Below are positions 56,224 through 64,000 of a DNA stretch of 64,000 nt, in pieces (within the stretch, counting starts at the first letter, position 1; each line of letters begins with the position of its first letter). The notes beneath the pieces were generated by a model that had not been told where the DNA came from, ran no database searches, and saw only the letters and a program-made list of their open reading frames with translations. The position numbers and the translations under genes are program-made. The DNA comes from Limnochordaceae bacterium. GTDB taxonomy: Bacteria > Bacillota > Limnochordia > Limnochordales > DUMU01. Where the stretch lies: the NCBI GenBank assembly GCA_014896305.1, contig JADBKQ010000009.1, forward strand, positions 26,413 to 90,412, given 5' to 3'.

Positions 56224-56472
56224 CTAGGAGAGCGATCGCGGTCCCAAGCGGCGGCGGATGGTCTGCCACCACTGCTGGGCCTCATCCCAACGTCCTCCTA
56301 ACCAATAGCCTGCCACCGTCAACAGAGTTAAGAAGAGGGTGCGGCCCAGCCCATAATGCAAGACCAACAGCCCCCAGAGTAGACCGAGGGCTGCTCCCGC
56401 CAACTTGCCCCGATGGGTCCACAACGCCTCCCACCAGGAGCAGTCGGCACGGCCGGGTTCGTCGTCGTACAA
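56224..56472 (-). CDS. DUF2273-type small integral membrane protein
   Basis: 82 aa with two TM segments (KLAGAALGLLWGLLVL and LFLTLLTVAGYWLG). Typical partner downstream of asp23/amaP. Confidence 0.7.
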   Translation of the reverse strand: MYDDEPGRADCSWWEALWTHRGKLAGAALGLLWGLLVLHYGLGRTLFLTLLTVAGYWLGGRWDEAQQWWQTIRRRLGPRSLS

Positions 56473-56496
56473 AGAGCTCCCTCCCTGCCCTCGGCC

Positions 56497-57090
56497 TTAC
56501 TGCCGCGGGGCAATCTCCTTGCGCTCTCGGTCCCCCCGGCTCGAGCGCCCGGCCCGGCCCGTATTGGCCACATTCCGTACCTGCACTTTCACCTGGGCCA
56601 CCTTGAGCCCGGCCGTCTGCTGCAGGTAGTCGGTCACATGGCGTTGGAGAGCGCTGGTCAACGCAGGAATGGAGACATCCGGCTCTACCACCAGCTGCAT
56701 GCTGATGCCCAGCCCTTCCGGATGGTGGCGCAGGCGTGCCTCCACTTCTCTGACCCCGCTTTCCTGCCGGGCCACCCGGTAAATGAGGGACTCGACCGCG
56801 CGACCAGAGATCCGTACCTCTCCGCCTTCCGTGCCCACCAGCACACTCCCCTCATTCCCATCGCTGGCCGTGGCCCGGGTGAGGAAGTAGACTCCGAAGA
56901 GCAGCAGGACGATCGCTCCGATCCCCGCACCCCAGCGCGCATCCGTACGCATGACGATTTCGGGCACCCACCGAACCAGAGTGGGCGTGGGGTCCCAGCC
57001 TAGGGCGACGAACCCCAGCGGCAAGGCCAGGGCAAAGAAAAGCAGAAAGGCCAAGCCCTCGAGTATGCGGTCAAAAATCGGGGTATTCAA
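56497..57090 (-). CDS. amaP: Alkaline shock response membrane anchor protein AmaP-like
   Basis: N-terminal TM pair followed by an Asp23-like soluble part. The start overlaps the stop of the Asp23 gene. Confidence 0.7.
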   Translation of the reverse strand: MNTPIFDRILEGLAFLLFFALALPLGFVALGWDPTPTLVRWVPEIVMRTDARWGAGIGAIVLLLFGVYFLTRATASDGNEGSVLVGTEGGEVRISGRAVESLIYRVARQESGVREVEARLRHHPEGLGISMQLVVEPDVSIPALTSALQRHVTDYLQQTAGLKVAQVKVQVRNVANTGRAGRSSRGDRERKEIAPRQ

Positions 57091-57521
57091 CGTACTCGCG
57101 GCGACTCTTCTGGCCGCTCTTCGGGGAAATGGACCCCCTGGACGTGGATACTCACTTCTACGACCCGCAAGCCGGTCATACTTTCAATGGCCCGCTTGAC
57201 GTTTTCTTGCACCTGAGCAGCCACTTCCGGGATTCGCGCCCCGTACTCGATGATCAGGAAGAGATCAACCGCTGCCTCCTCGTTGCCGACTGCGACCTTG
57301 ACCCCTTTGGACAGGTTCTTGCGGCCCAGAACCTCAGCGATGCCGCCGGCAATGCCGCCGCTCATGCCGGCCACCCCTTGTACCTCGGTAGCAGCCAGCC
57401 CGGCAATGATGGCGACCACCTCATTTGCAATGTGAAGCTCGCCGAGTTCGGCCCGTTCCGTTTGTGCCATGGGTTCACCCCCGTCCATCGTCACCCGCCC
57501 GCTGGCCAACTCTTCCGCCAT
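57087..57521 (-). CDS. Asp23/Gls24-family envelope stress protein
   Basis: GELHIANEVVAIIAGLAATEVQGVAGM and EVSIHVQGV are typical Asp23. Confidence 0.9.
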   Translation of the reverse strand: MAEELASGRVTMDGGEPMAQTERAELGELHIANEVVAIIAGLAATEVQGVAGMSGGIAGGIAEVLGRKNLSKGVKVAVGNEEAAVDLFLIIEYGARIPEVAAQVQENVKRAIESMTGLRVVEVSIHVQGVHFPEERPEESPRVR

Positions 57522-57597
57522 CCTGCATGCCCCCTGTCCTCAGCCACCGTGAACCTGACCCGGCCTGCTCGTCATCCTGGTGGCCTGATTTGCCCTT

Positions 57598-59052
57598 CTA
57601 GCCTGCCTGCTGGTGCAACTGCACCAGCCCTTCGGTCTGTGCTGTGTTCAGAGAGTGGCCGCCATCGGCCGACCACGTAACCAGCTGCCCGTTTACCCTC
57701 TGGCCGTGAGCCCCTGCGAGAAACCGTTCCAGCCAAGTGGTAGAGATTTCGCCATCCTGGAAGGCTTTCTCCTGCAGGATTCGGCGGTGCAGCGGCAAGT
57801 TCGTTTCGATTCCTTCTATGGTATATTCCTCCAATGCCCGGCGCAAGCGAGCAATCGCCTGTGGCCGGTTCTCCCCCCAGGCGATCAATTTGGCCAACAG
57901 CGAATCGTAGAAGGGAGGAACCTCGTAGCCGGAAAAGACGTGGCTGTCGACCCGGATCCCGTAGCCGCCCGGCGCATGATAAAACTGGATGACCCCGGGC
58001 GAGGGCCGGAAGTCTGCGTCCGGGTTCTCTGCATTGATGCGGCACTCGATGGCATGCCCGCGCAGCTGGATCTGGTCCTGCGTCCACCGGAGCGGCTCGC
58101 CGGCCGCTATCCGAATCTGTTCCTGCACCAGGTCCACCCCGGCCACCATCTCGGTCACACCATGCTCCACCTGGATGCGCGTGTTCATTTCGCAAAAGTA
58201 GAAGTGACGGTCCTGGTCCACCAGAAACTCCATCGTGCCGGTACTGGTGTACCCCACGGCCTTGGCTCCCTGAACCGCGATCTCCCCCAGGCGGGCTCGC
58301 TCGGCAGGGGTCAGCAGGCTGGACGGGGCCTCCTCCAGGACCTTCTGGTGACGACGCTGCACAGAGCACTCTCTTTCACCCAGATGAATGACATGGCCGC
58401 TGTTGTCGCCCAGCAGTTGCACCTCGATGTGACGTGCGTTTTCGAGGTATTTCTCCAGATAGACCGAGCCGTCTCCGAAGGCTGCCTGGGCCTCGGCCCG
58501 CGCCAGGGGTACGAACCTTTCCAGTTCCTCCTGGTCATGCGCCAGGCGCATCCCCTTGCCACCGCCGCCTGCAGCCGCCTTGATCATCACCGGGTAACCG
58601 ATTTGCGAGGCAACCTGTACCGCTTCCGCCAGGGAACGCACCGGCCCATCGCTGCCGGGCAGAACCGGCACGCCCGCCTGGGCCATTCGGCGCCGGGCCG
58701 CGATCTTGTCTCCCATCAACTCCATGACGGCAGGCGACGGCCCGATGAAGACAAGGCCGTGGCTGGCGCACATTTCGGCAAAGGAGGCGCGCTCCGACAG
58801 ATAGCCGTAACCCGGGTGAATGGCATCGGCCCCCAGCAAAAGGGCTGTCGACAAAATGTTAGGAACGTTAAGATAGCTTTTCGAAGAGGGGGCGGGGCCG
58901 ACACAAAACGCCTCATCCGCCAGCCGCACATGGAGAGCCTCCCGGTCGGCCTCGGAGTAGATGGCCACCGTGGCAATCCCCATCTCCTGGCAGGCCCGGA
59001 TGATCCGCACCGCGATCTCGCCCCGGTTGGCAATCAAGACTTTAGCAAACAT
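57598..59052 (-). CDS. accC: Acetyl-CoA carboxylase biotin carboxylase subunit
   Basis: MFAKVLIANRGEIAVRIIRAC, ATP-grasp GGGGKGMR and EMNTRIQVEH. Has a C-terminal extension of about 35 aa. Confidence 0.95.
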   Translation of the reverse strand: MFAKVLIANRGEIAVRIIRACQEMGIATVAIYSEADREALHVRLADEAFCVGPAPSSKSYLNVPNILSTALLLGADAIHPGYGYLSERASFAEMCASHGLVFIGPSPAVMELMGDKIAARRRMAQAGVPVLPGSDGPVRSLAEAVQVASQIGYPVMIKAAAGGGGKGMRLAHDQEELERFVPLARAEAQAAFGDGSVYLEKYLENARHIEVQLLGDNSGHVIHLGERECSVQRRHQKVLEEAPSSLLTPAERARLGEIAVQGAKAVGYTSTGTMEFLVDQDRHFYFCEMNTRIQVEHGVTEMVAGVDLVQEQIRIAAGEPLRWTQDQIQLRGHAIECRINAENPDADFRPSPGVIQFYHAPGGYGIRVDSHVFSGYEVPPFYDSLLAKLIAWGENRPQAIARLRRALEEYTIEGIETNLPLHRRILQEKAFQDGEISTTWLERFLAGAHGQRVNGQLVTWSADGGHSLNTAQTEGLVQLHQQAG

Positions 59053-59056
59053 GCGA

Positions 59057-59851
59057 TCACCCCCGGGTCTCCGGTTCGATCAATAGCAAGGTTTGACCAT
59101 ACTCTACCGGCTCGCCATCTTCGGCCAGGATGGCCACCACCCGGCCCGCCACCTCCGCCGTGATCTCGTTCATCAGCTTCATAGCTTCGATGATGCACAG
59201 AGTTTGACCAGCCGTCACCCGGCTCCCCACTTCGACAAAGGGCGGTGCATCGGGGGAGGGACCGCGATAAAACGTGCCCACCATGGGCGCAACCACAGGC
59301 ACTTGCTGCGGTTCGTCGGCCAGGAGCGCCTGCGCGCCACCATCCCCCCTAGCCGGCGCTGTCCCCGCACCCGGCGTTCCGCCGGATACCGGGGCTCCTG
59401 CAAGGGAACTGGAGACGGCCGATACCGTTGCCGGAGGTACGGAAACGCCCACCGCCTCTGCAGCCTTGGGTCCGCCCCCGCTGGACGGAGCGGCGGCGCC
59501 GTGCCCGGCATTGGCCACAGCCGCCTCAGCCGAGACGGCTCGTGGAGATGCTGCTGTCCCCGCCGGCAACGGAGAACCAGTCTCGCTCCCTCCTGGTTGG
59601 GACAACCCTAGCTCCACTCCCGCTGAACCCGCCGTCGACGTCCCCGTGACCCCTGCCATCCTGCCACTGGGCCCACCCGTCGCGATCCCTGGCCCAGTGC
59701 CTGTCGCTACGGTGTTTGCCTGAATGAATGCCCCCGCCTTCCGGATGGTCAGGCGGGCACCCTCGGATTCCAGTTCCAACTGTAGCTCAGCGATATCCGT
59801 CTCACTGAGGAGGCGGATCAGTTCTTTTACGTCGGCCAGGGTCAAAGCCAT
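59057..59851 (-). CDS. accB: Biotin carboxyl carrier protein with a very long Ala/Gly/Pro linker
   Basis: C-terminal biotinyl domain [12 protein letters not shown]. The N-terminal domain and a low-complexity linker of about 130 aa precede it. SD is GAGGGGG. Confidence 0.9.
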   Translation of the reverse strand: MALTLADVKELIRLLSETDIAELQLELESEGARLTIRKAGAFIQANTVATGTGPGIATGGPSGRMAGVTGTSTAGSAGVELGLSQPGGSETGSPLPAGTAASPRAVSAEAAVANAGHGAAAPSSGGGPKAAEAVGVSVPPATVSAVSSSLAGAPVSGGTPGAGTAPARGDGGAQALLADEPQQVPVVAPMVGTFYRGPSPDAPPFVEVGSRVTAGQTLCIIEAMKLMNEITAEVAGRVVAILAEDGEPVEYGQTLLLIEPETRG

Positions 59852-59995
59852 TTCATTTCCCCCTCGCCTCGCAGACGATTTGCGAACGTCGCCTCTGCAT
59901 CGTTAGGCGATGGATACGCCAGTCCTGTATAACTTTTCTCATTGCTGCCAAGCTCCATACAAAGCGCCAACCTCTGCTGCTGCAGCGCCACATAT

Positions 59996-60025
59996 GAAAA
60001 ACTCAGGTTGGACGCCCAACCTGAG
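59996..60025 (-). terminator. Strong rho-independent terminator between spoIIIAH and accB
   Basis: Minus strand reads CTCAGGTTGG-GCGT-CCAACCTGAG followed by TTTTT. Confidence 0.75.
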
Positions 60026-60119
60026 CCCCCCGGCCCGCCCTGTCTGGGCCGCTCCACGATCCAGCGATGCTGTCGACAACGGCAGCAACGGCGGTTTGGG
60101 ACCGCCCCCCTCACATGAC
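59996..60119 (-). ncRNA. Candidate ~125-nt structured transcript (sRNA, or attenuator leader of accBC)
   Basis: It is delimited by a consensus promoter and the terminator. It contains the hairpins GGCGG-TCCCAAA-CCGCC and GGCCC-AGACAGGGC-GGGCC, plus a GCTG..CAGC stem around a GTCGAC palindrome. No family recognised. Confidence 0.4.
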
Positions 60120-60125
60120 GCGAGT

Positions 60126-60155
60126 ATTATAGGTGTCCCTCTCTGTTGCTGTCAA
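60126..60155 (-). promoter_or_regulatory. Near-perfect sigma-A promoter downstream of spoIIIAH
   Basis: Minus strand reads TTGACA, 18 nt, TATAAT. Both hexamers are 6/6 matches. Confidence 0.6.
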
Positions 60156-60261
60156 TGAAGCCACCTTCCGTCCCCCGAGACTCCCTGGTAGCCCCGCCTA
60201 GCCCGCCCGCCGCTCCTGCGAGATGGGTCGTCTCTACCGGTCTGCTGGCATCATGACAACT

Positions 60262-60939
60262 TTATACACCCACAGGCAGTATGGAGATTTCGTCCAGAGG
60301 TGTCCCGGCTACCCGGTGCACCAGCTCCCCGATTTGGGCCGCCTTCTCGGGGGTCATTTCCTGATCTGGAATCACCACGGTAGCCCCCCGGTTGTCCAGG
60401 ATCACCAAGGCGTCTTGGAACCCTTTGGCCCGAAGCAGGTTTTCAATGTCCGTCTCGCGCTCCTGGCCGCTGGCCAAAGCAAGCAACGCTTGTTGCGCCT
60501 CCTGCCGGCTGGCCGGCGTCAGGCTCTGGTCCCCAACCATTTTCTGGTAGAGATCCAGCTGCTGGCTACGGGCCCGTTCCCGGTCCATCCGGTAGCGGGC
60601 AAAGAAGTCAAGCTGCCCCAGGGCAGGTACTGCTGCCTGGCCAGTCTCCTGCCTTCCCTCTTGCGAGGTTGCATTCTTCCCCGCCGTCCCATTGGATGCA
60701 GTCTGTGGAGAGGTTGCAGCCCCGGTCGCGGCAGGAGACGAACCGGTGGCCGGCGACAGGCTGGTCGTCGTTGGCTCCTGGGCAGCAGGTGTCCCCGAGA
60801 CCGGCTGGTACGATGGGGATGGCGGAGGAACGGCGGGGGTACTGCTCCCCCACCAGTACGCCAAGGCCAGGATGCCCACCACTACAATGGCTAAGACGGA
60901 GCGGGTGATCCACCGTTCAATGACCAAAAACATCGACAT
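60262..60939 (-). CDS. spoIIIAH: Stage III sporulation protein AH
   Basis: N-terminal TM, then the YscJ/FliF-like C-terminal domain (FFARYRMDRERARSQQLDLYQKMV..ENLLRAKGFQDALVILD). Last gene of the spoIIIA block. Confidence 0.85.
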   Translation of the reverse strand: MSMFLVIERWITRSVLAIVVVGILALAYWWGSSTPAVPPPSPSYQPVSGTPAAQEPTTTSLSPATGSSPAATGAATSPQTASNGTAGKNATSQEGRQETGQAAVPALGQLDFFARYRMDRERARSQQLDLYQKMVGDQSLTPASRQEAQQALLALASGQERETDIENLLRAKGFQDALVILDNRGATVVIPDQEMTPEKAAQIGELVHRVAGTPLDEISILPVGV

Positions 60940-60975
60940 TCCCTTCTTTCCTTGGGCTTCAGATCAGTCTTCGAT

Positions 60976-61662
60976 CTACAGGCCAGAGCCTGTTCGCCGG
61001 GGTAGCACAGCCACCCGGTGGGCCGGAACCCCCAGGGCCGTGGCCGCCGCCTCCATCAACCGCAAGCGGACGGCCTCCACCCCCGCCCCCTCGGCGACGA
61101 CGAGCACCCCCGCAATCTGCGGCCGCACCATCCGGCTGAGCCAGAGTGTTTCGTTTTGCCCTTCCCGCAGGGTGAGGGGCTCCTGGGTCGACTGGTCCTG
61201 GAGCGAGCGGCGGGTTACTCCCTGGGCGTCCTTTTCCTCGCTCTGCGAGATATCCCGACGCTGGTTCCCGACGTACTCCAGCTGGCCGCCGTCCGCCAAA
61301 GAGATCATCACCTCCACCCGTCCGGCCCCCTGTACCTGGGCCAGAACTGTCGCCAGACGCTTTTCTAGCTCGTGGGAGTAGTCCGCCAGAAGGGTGGCAG
61401 GCAATGCAGAAGAGGAAGGGTGAATGCCACCTCCACTGGCAGGCACACCCTCCGCGATTGCAGACGGCGAACCTCCAGGGACAGAGCCGCCCGCTGGTGT
61501 CCCCACGGTGCCTGCCATGGGCCGGCCTACCTGGTAGCTGGTCCCCGGGGAGGAAGTCTGGCGGGCCAGGAGCAAGAAGGCAATTCCTACCACGCCCACG
61601 GCGCCGAGGTAGCGCAAGGCCTGCCGTTGTTTCTGGTTGAGGTGGAGTGGAAACGAGCTCAA
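60976..61662 (-). CDS. spoIIIAG: Stage III sporulation protein AG
   Basis: C-terminal domain YSHELEKRLATVLAQVQGAGRVEVMISL..IAGVLVVAEGA..RLMEAAATALGVPAHRVAVLP. TTG at 61662 follows GGGAGGTG and overlaps the spoIIIAF stop (TTGA). Confidence 0.85.
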   Translation of the reverse strand: MSSFPLHLNQKQRQALRYLGAVGVVGIAFLLLARQTSSPGTSYQVGRPMAGTVGTPAGGSVPGGSPSAIAEGVPASGGGIHPSSSALPATLLADYSHELEKRLATVLAQVQGAGRVEVMISLADGGQLEYVGNQRRDISQSEEKDAQGVTRRSLQDQSTQEPLTLREGQNETLWLSRMVRPQIAGVLVVAEGAGVEAVRLRLMEAAATALGVPAHRVAVLPRRTGSGL

Positions 61663-62321
61663 GAGTTCACCTCCCTCAGCTCGACCTGGTCTGGCAGCAG
61701 TCCCAGGCGGGCGGCCAGCTCTGCTTGCCAGGCCGCCAGCTGCTCCGGAGCCGGAGTCATCCCGCCCGTGCTGCGCTGCGAATCCGGCCCGGCTTCGCCA
61801 GCCGGGAGGGTCGACGCCAGCTGGGCTTCTCCCGTCCGTTCCAGTACGACGAGCAACTTTCCCGAGGTGATTCCACTCCCTGGCGCATTCCGTGGCCCGG
61901 AGTTCACCCAGCGGGCCGAGGCTGGCCGCCCCGACCACTCCCGGATCCAGGCGGCCGCCTCCTCGGCGAGGCGGTCTGTCTGCCACTCCCAGGCGGCTTG
62001 GAGGCCGGCCGTTTGCACCGCCTGGGCCTGTTCACGCCAATCATCTCCAGGGTCGGCCGCGGCGGTCGCCGCCCCGGCGACCGTCGCTGGCCCAGCCAGC
62101 CCGTCCACCGTGGCGGCAGCCCAGCGACCGCTGGCAGCCGGGAGAAAAGCAGACGAACCCAGCAACCGTAAAACAGGACCCACCACGACCAGGAGCAGAA
62201 TCATGCCGCCCACCGTCCGTGCCGCCTCCCGCACCCGATGTTCGGGCAGGATCATCTCCATCATGGTCAGCAGCAGGCTGACCATGATCACGGATTGTGC
62301 CCAGACCCGCACCGCCTCCAC
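61659..62321 (-). CDS. spoIIIAF: Stage III sporulation protein AF
   Basis: Two N-terminal TM segments (VWAQSVIMVSLLLTMMEMILP and VGGMILLLVVVGPVL), positioned between AE and AG. GTG at 62321 follows AGGGGA. Confidence 0.8.
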   Translation of the reverse strand: MEAVRVWAQSVIMVSLLLTMMEMILPEHRVREAARTVGGMILLLVVVGPVLRLLGSSAFLPAASGRWAAATVDGLAGPATVAGAATAAADPGDDWREQAQAVQTAGLQAAWEWQTDRLAEEAAAWIREWSGRPASARWVNSGPRNAPGSGITSGKLLVVLERTGEAQLASTLPAGEAGPDSQRSTGGMTPAPEQLAAWQAELAARLGLLPDQVELREVNS

Positions 62322-62334
62322 CCTCTCATCCCCT

Positions 62335-63657
62335 TCAAACCATGCGGGCGGCCAGGGTGCCCACAACCACGCTGATGAGAACGATCAGGAAAAACATGAG
62401 GCTGATCAAGCCGGCGGCAGCCGTTACAAAGGTAAGGCTACCGTCGACGGCGGCCAGCGCCTCCCCTACCCGCCCGTCGGCCAATGGTTCCGCCAGGGCG
62501 GCGCATAGTTTGACCGCCATCACCAAAACGGCCAGTTTGGCCAGGGGAAAGGCACACAAGATCAGCACCCCCGCCATGCCCACCGTGCCTACGGCATTGC
62601 GCAACAACAGCGCCCCTCCCACCACCACGTCCAGGGCGTCAGCGAACATGCCGCCCAGAACAGGAATGAACGCACCGCTCACGTATTTGGCCGTCCGCAG
62701 GCCCAACGAGTCGGCCACAGGGGCAACCGCTCCCTGGATGGCCAGCACTCCCAGAAAGAGGGTGAAAAACAACCCAAGGGCCGTGAGACTGAACGACTGG
62801 GCCATTCCCGACAGGCGCCGTAACGGCATGAGCCCTCCCAGCGCTCCGGCCAGGCGCAAGGCGAGATGGATCAGGGCGAGAGGCAGGACCCAGACTCTCA
62901 CCGCGGTGACGACCGCGCTCACCGTCCCCAAAAAGAGCGGATGCAGGACGGTGGCGGTGGCGACCGCGCCGGTGCTGGCCAGCAGCACGTTCAACACGGG
63001 TAATAGTGCATACAGAAAGCCGCTGACGGTGGTCACGAGTTGGGCGGCGATCTGGTAGGCGGCGCGGAACGCCTGCAACCCCAGGAAAATGACCACGAGC
63101 AAGAGTACCAATTGTGCCGCCTCGCTGCTGGCGGGGGAGTCCCAGCTGCGCTGGAGTACGGTGACCAGCGCCGACAAGAGCACGACCAAGAGCAGCTGCG
63201 CCAGGAGTCGCCCCCCGCCCATCACCTCGGCCCAGGCCGCCTGCACCACGGCGGCTGCCACCATCCCCCAGTCGACGTGCACCCCTTTCTCCTGAATCAC
63301 CTGTTGCAGGTCCACCGTGGGGAAGACCTGCCGGGTCTCCTGGTCCAGTTGCTCCACGACTTCCTGCAACCGCCTCAGGTCGAGGTTCTCCAACTGCTGT
63401 TCCCAAACCGTCTGCGCCGATGCGTCACCAGACTGGCTGTCCGCCCCGGACACTGCCGCCTGCCCAGCGCTGGCCCAAACAAAAGGAGGAGTGGTGGTAG
63501 GGGTGAGGGTTGGGGCGGAAGGAGCAGGAACGCCCGCCGTAGCCACGGTGACGTCCGCACCGGAAATGACAAGGCGGGCAGTAGCAGCGGTAGCTGCCTG
63601 GACGATGGCCAATAGCGCTAGTGGTGGAATGAGCCATGTCATCCGTACCCGGCGCAT
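62335..63657 (-). CDS. spoIIIAE: Stage III sporulation protein AE
   Basis: Signal peptide plus a polytopic membrane domain of about 7 TM, with size and position typical of SpoIIIAE. ATG at 63657 follows GGGGAGGTG. Confidence 0.9.
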   Translation of the reverse strand: MRRVRMTWLIPPLALLAIVQAATAATARLVISGADVTVATAGVPAPSAPTLTPTTTPPFVWASAGQAAVSGADSQSGDASAQTVWEQQLENLDLRRLQEVVEQLDQETRQVFPTVDLQQVIQEKGVHVDWGMVAAAVVQAAWAEVMGGGRLLAQLLLVVLLSALVTVLQRSWDSPASSEAAQLVLLLVVIFLGLQAFRAAYQIAAQLVTTVSGFLYALLPVLNVLLASTGAVATATVLHPLFLGTVSAVVTAVRVWVLPLALIHLALRLAGALGGLMPLRRLSGMAQSFSLTALGLFFTLFLGVLAIQGAVAPVADSLGLRTAKYVSGAFIPVLGGMFADALDVVVGGALLLRNAVGTVGMAGVLILCAFPLAKLAVLVMAVKLCAALAEPLADGRVGEALAAVDGSLTFVTAAAGLISLMFFLIVLISVVVGTLAARMV

Positions 63658-63695
63658 CCTGCTCACCTCCCCGGCCCAGACCTGCAGCCGTCCAG

Positions 63696-64000
63696 TTACC
63701 GCAACAGCTGCAGAAGTTGTTCCGTGATGGCTACCAGAACAGGCGCTGCAAGCGTCAGGATCATCACCTTTCCCGCTAGTTCCACGCCGGCCGCGATCGC
63801 CTTCTCCCCCGCATCGCGGGACATGTCGGCTGCGAAGGCAGTCAGGTAGGTGACGGCAATGGCCTTGAACAGAATCTGCAAATAGGAAGGGCTCACCCCG
63901 GCCTGCGCAGAGACATCTCCAAACAGGTGGAGGAGCTGACCTGCAGCCGGCAGAATGCTGATCAGCAGCAGGGCGCTGAACCCCAGGCTGAGGAGGGTTG
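63696..64000 (-). CDS. spoIIIAD: Stage III sporulation protein AD (5' end beyond the window)
   Basis: YLQILFKAIAVTYLTAFAADMSRDAGEKAIAAGVELAGKVMILTLAAPVL matches the SpoIIIAD C-terminal half. The frame stays open to position 64000. Confidence 0.8.
   Translation of the reverse strand, partial: TLLSLGFSALLLISILPAAGQLLHLFGDVSAQAGVSPSYLQILFKAIAVTYLTAFAADMSRDAGEKAIAAGVELAGKVMILTLAAPVLVAITEQLLQLLR

Noticed and set aside
55709-56272. N-terminal 188 codons of the 552-aa track ORF 54614-56272.
   Set aside because: This part overlaps the clearly recognisable nusB (55720-56205) and the DUF2273 gene in other frames, and is low-complexity. The real Kae1-like CDS starts at the ATG at 55708.
59842-60114. 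90-aa minus-strand ORF between spoIIIAH and accB.
   Set aside because: It runs straight through the 10-bp terminator hairpin and the accB start region, has no SD, and has no recognisable motifs.
1-64000. I looked for CRISPR arrays, transposases or integrases, inverted terminal repeats, toxin-antitoxin pairs, restriction-modification genes, or other defence-type genes (ATPase/nuclease/reverse-transcriptase combinations).
   Set aside because: I found no repeat-spacer periodicity, no recombinase or transposase motifs, and no orphan nuclease/ATPase pairs. Apart from three small orphans (1484-1756, the DUF2273-type protein and the OapA candidate), every sizeable ORF is explained by housekeeping, sporulation or envelope functions.

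Overview
GC-rich (roughly two-thirds G+C by eye, not computed) chromosomal segment from an endospore-forming Firmicute, possibly Symbiobacterium-, Thermaerobacter- or Limnochordia-like; the taxon cannot be fixed from the sequence alone. I support about 58 CDS, 2 tRNAs and 2 candidate non-coding RNAs. All genes except mutY, ndh and a GH18 gene lie on the minus strand. From 37 to 64 kb the window holds the classic Bacillus/Clostridium supercluster, read right to left: spoIIIAD-AH, accBC, asp23-amaP-DUF2273, nusB, xseAB, ispA, dxs, tlyA, nadK, argR, recN, spoIVB, spo0A. From 12 to 25 kb it holds rnj, dapA-aspartokinase-asd-dpaB-dpaA, dapB, ymxH, an M16 peptidase and ylxY. From 0 to 12 kb there are housekeeping genes: tRNA-Gln/Glu, MTA phosphorylase, typA, mutY, nfo and ndh. 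Five things stand out. (1) A roughly 650-nt promoter-to-terminator non-coding unit plus a 4-TM protein sits exactly between ispA and dxs, which is the known OLE RNA/OapA position. (2) A consensus sigma-A promoter is followed by a structured ~125-nt RNA and a strong terminator upstream of accBC, so it is either an sRNA or an attenuator. (3) spo0A is translationally coupled to an actinobacterial-type steA/steB(mctB-like) pair plus two glycosyltransferases. (4) There is a ROK-regulated island of secreted phosphoesterases with an orphan solute-binding protein. (5) A Kae1/TsaD-like paralog sits where folD usually is. I saw no transposase, integrase, CRISPR array, restriction-modification or recognisable defence genes. 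Many long ORFs in the track are antisense or alternate-frame shadows typical of high-GC DNA. All promoter, terminator and RNA calls are by-eye predictions. Start codons were chosen by Shine-Dalgarno inspection and may be off.
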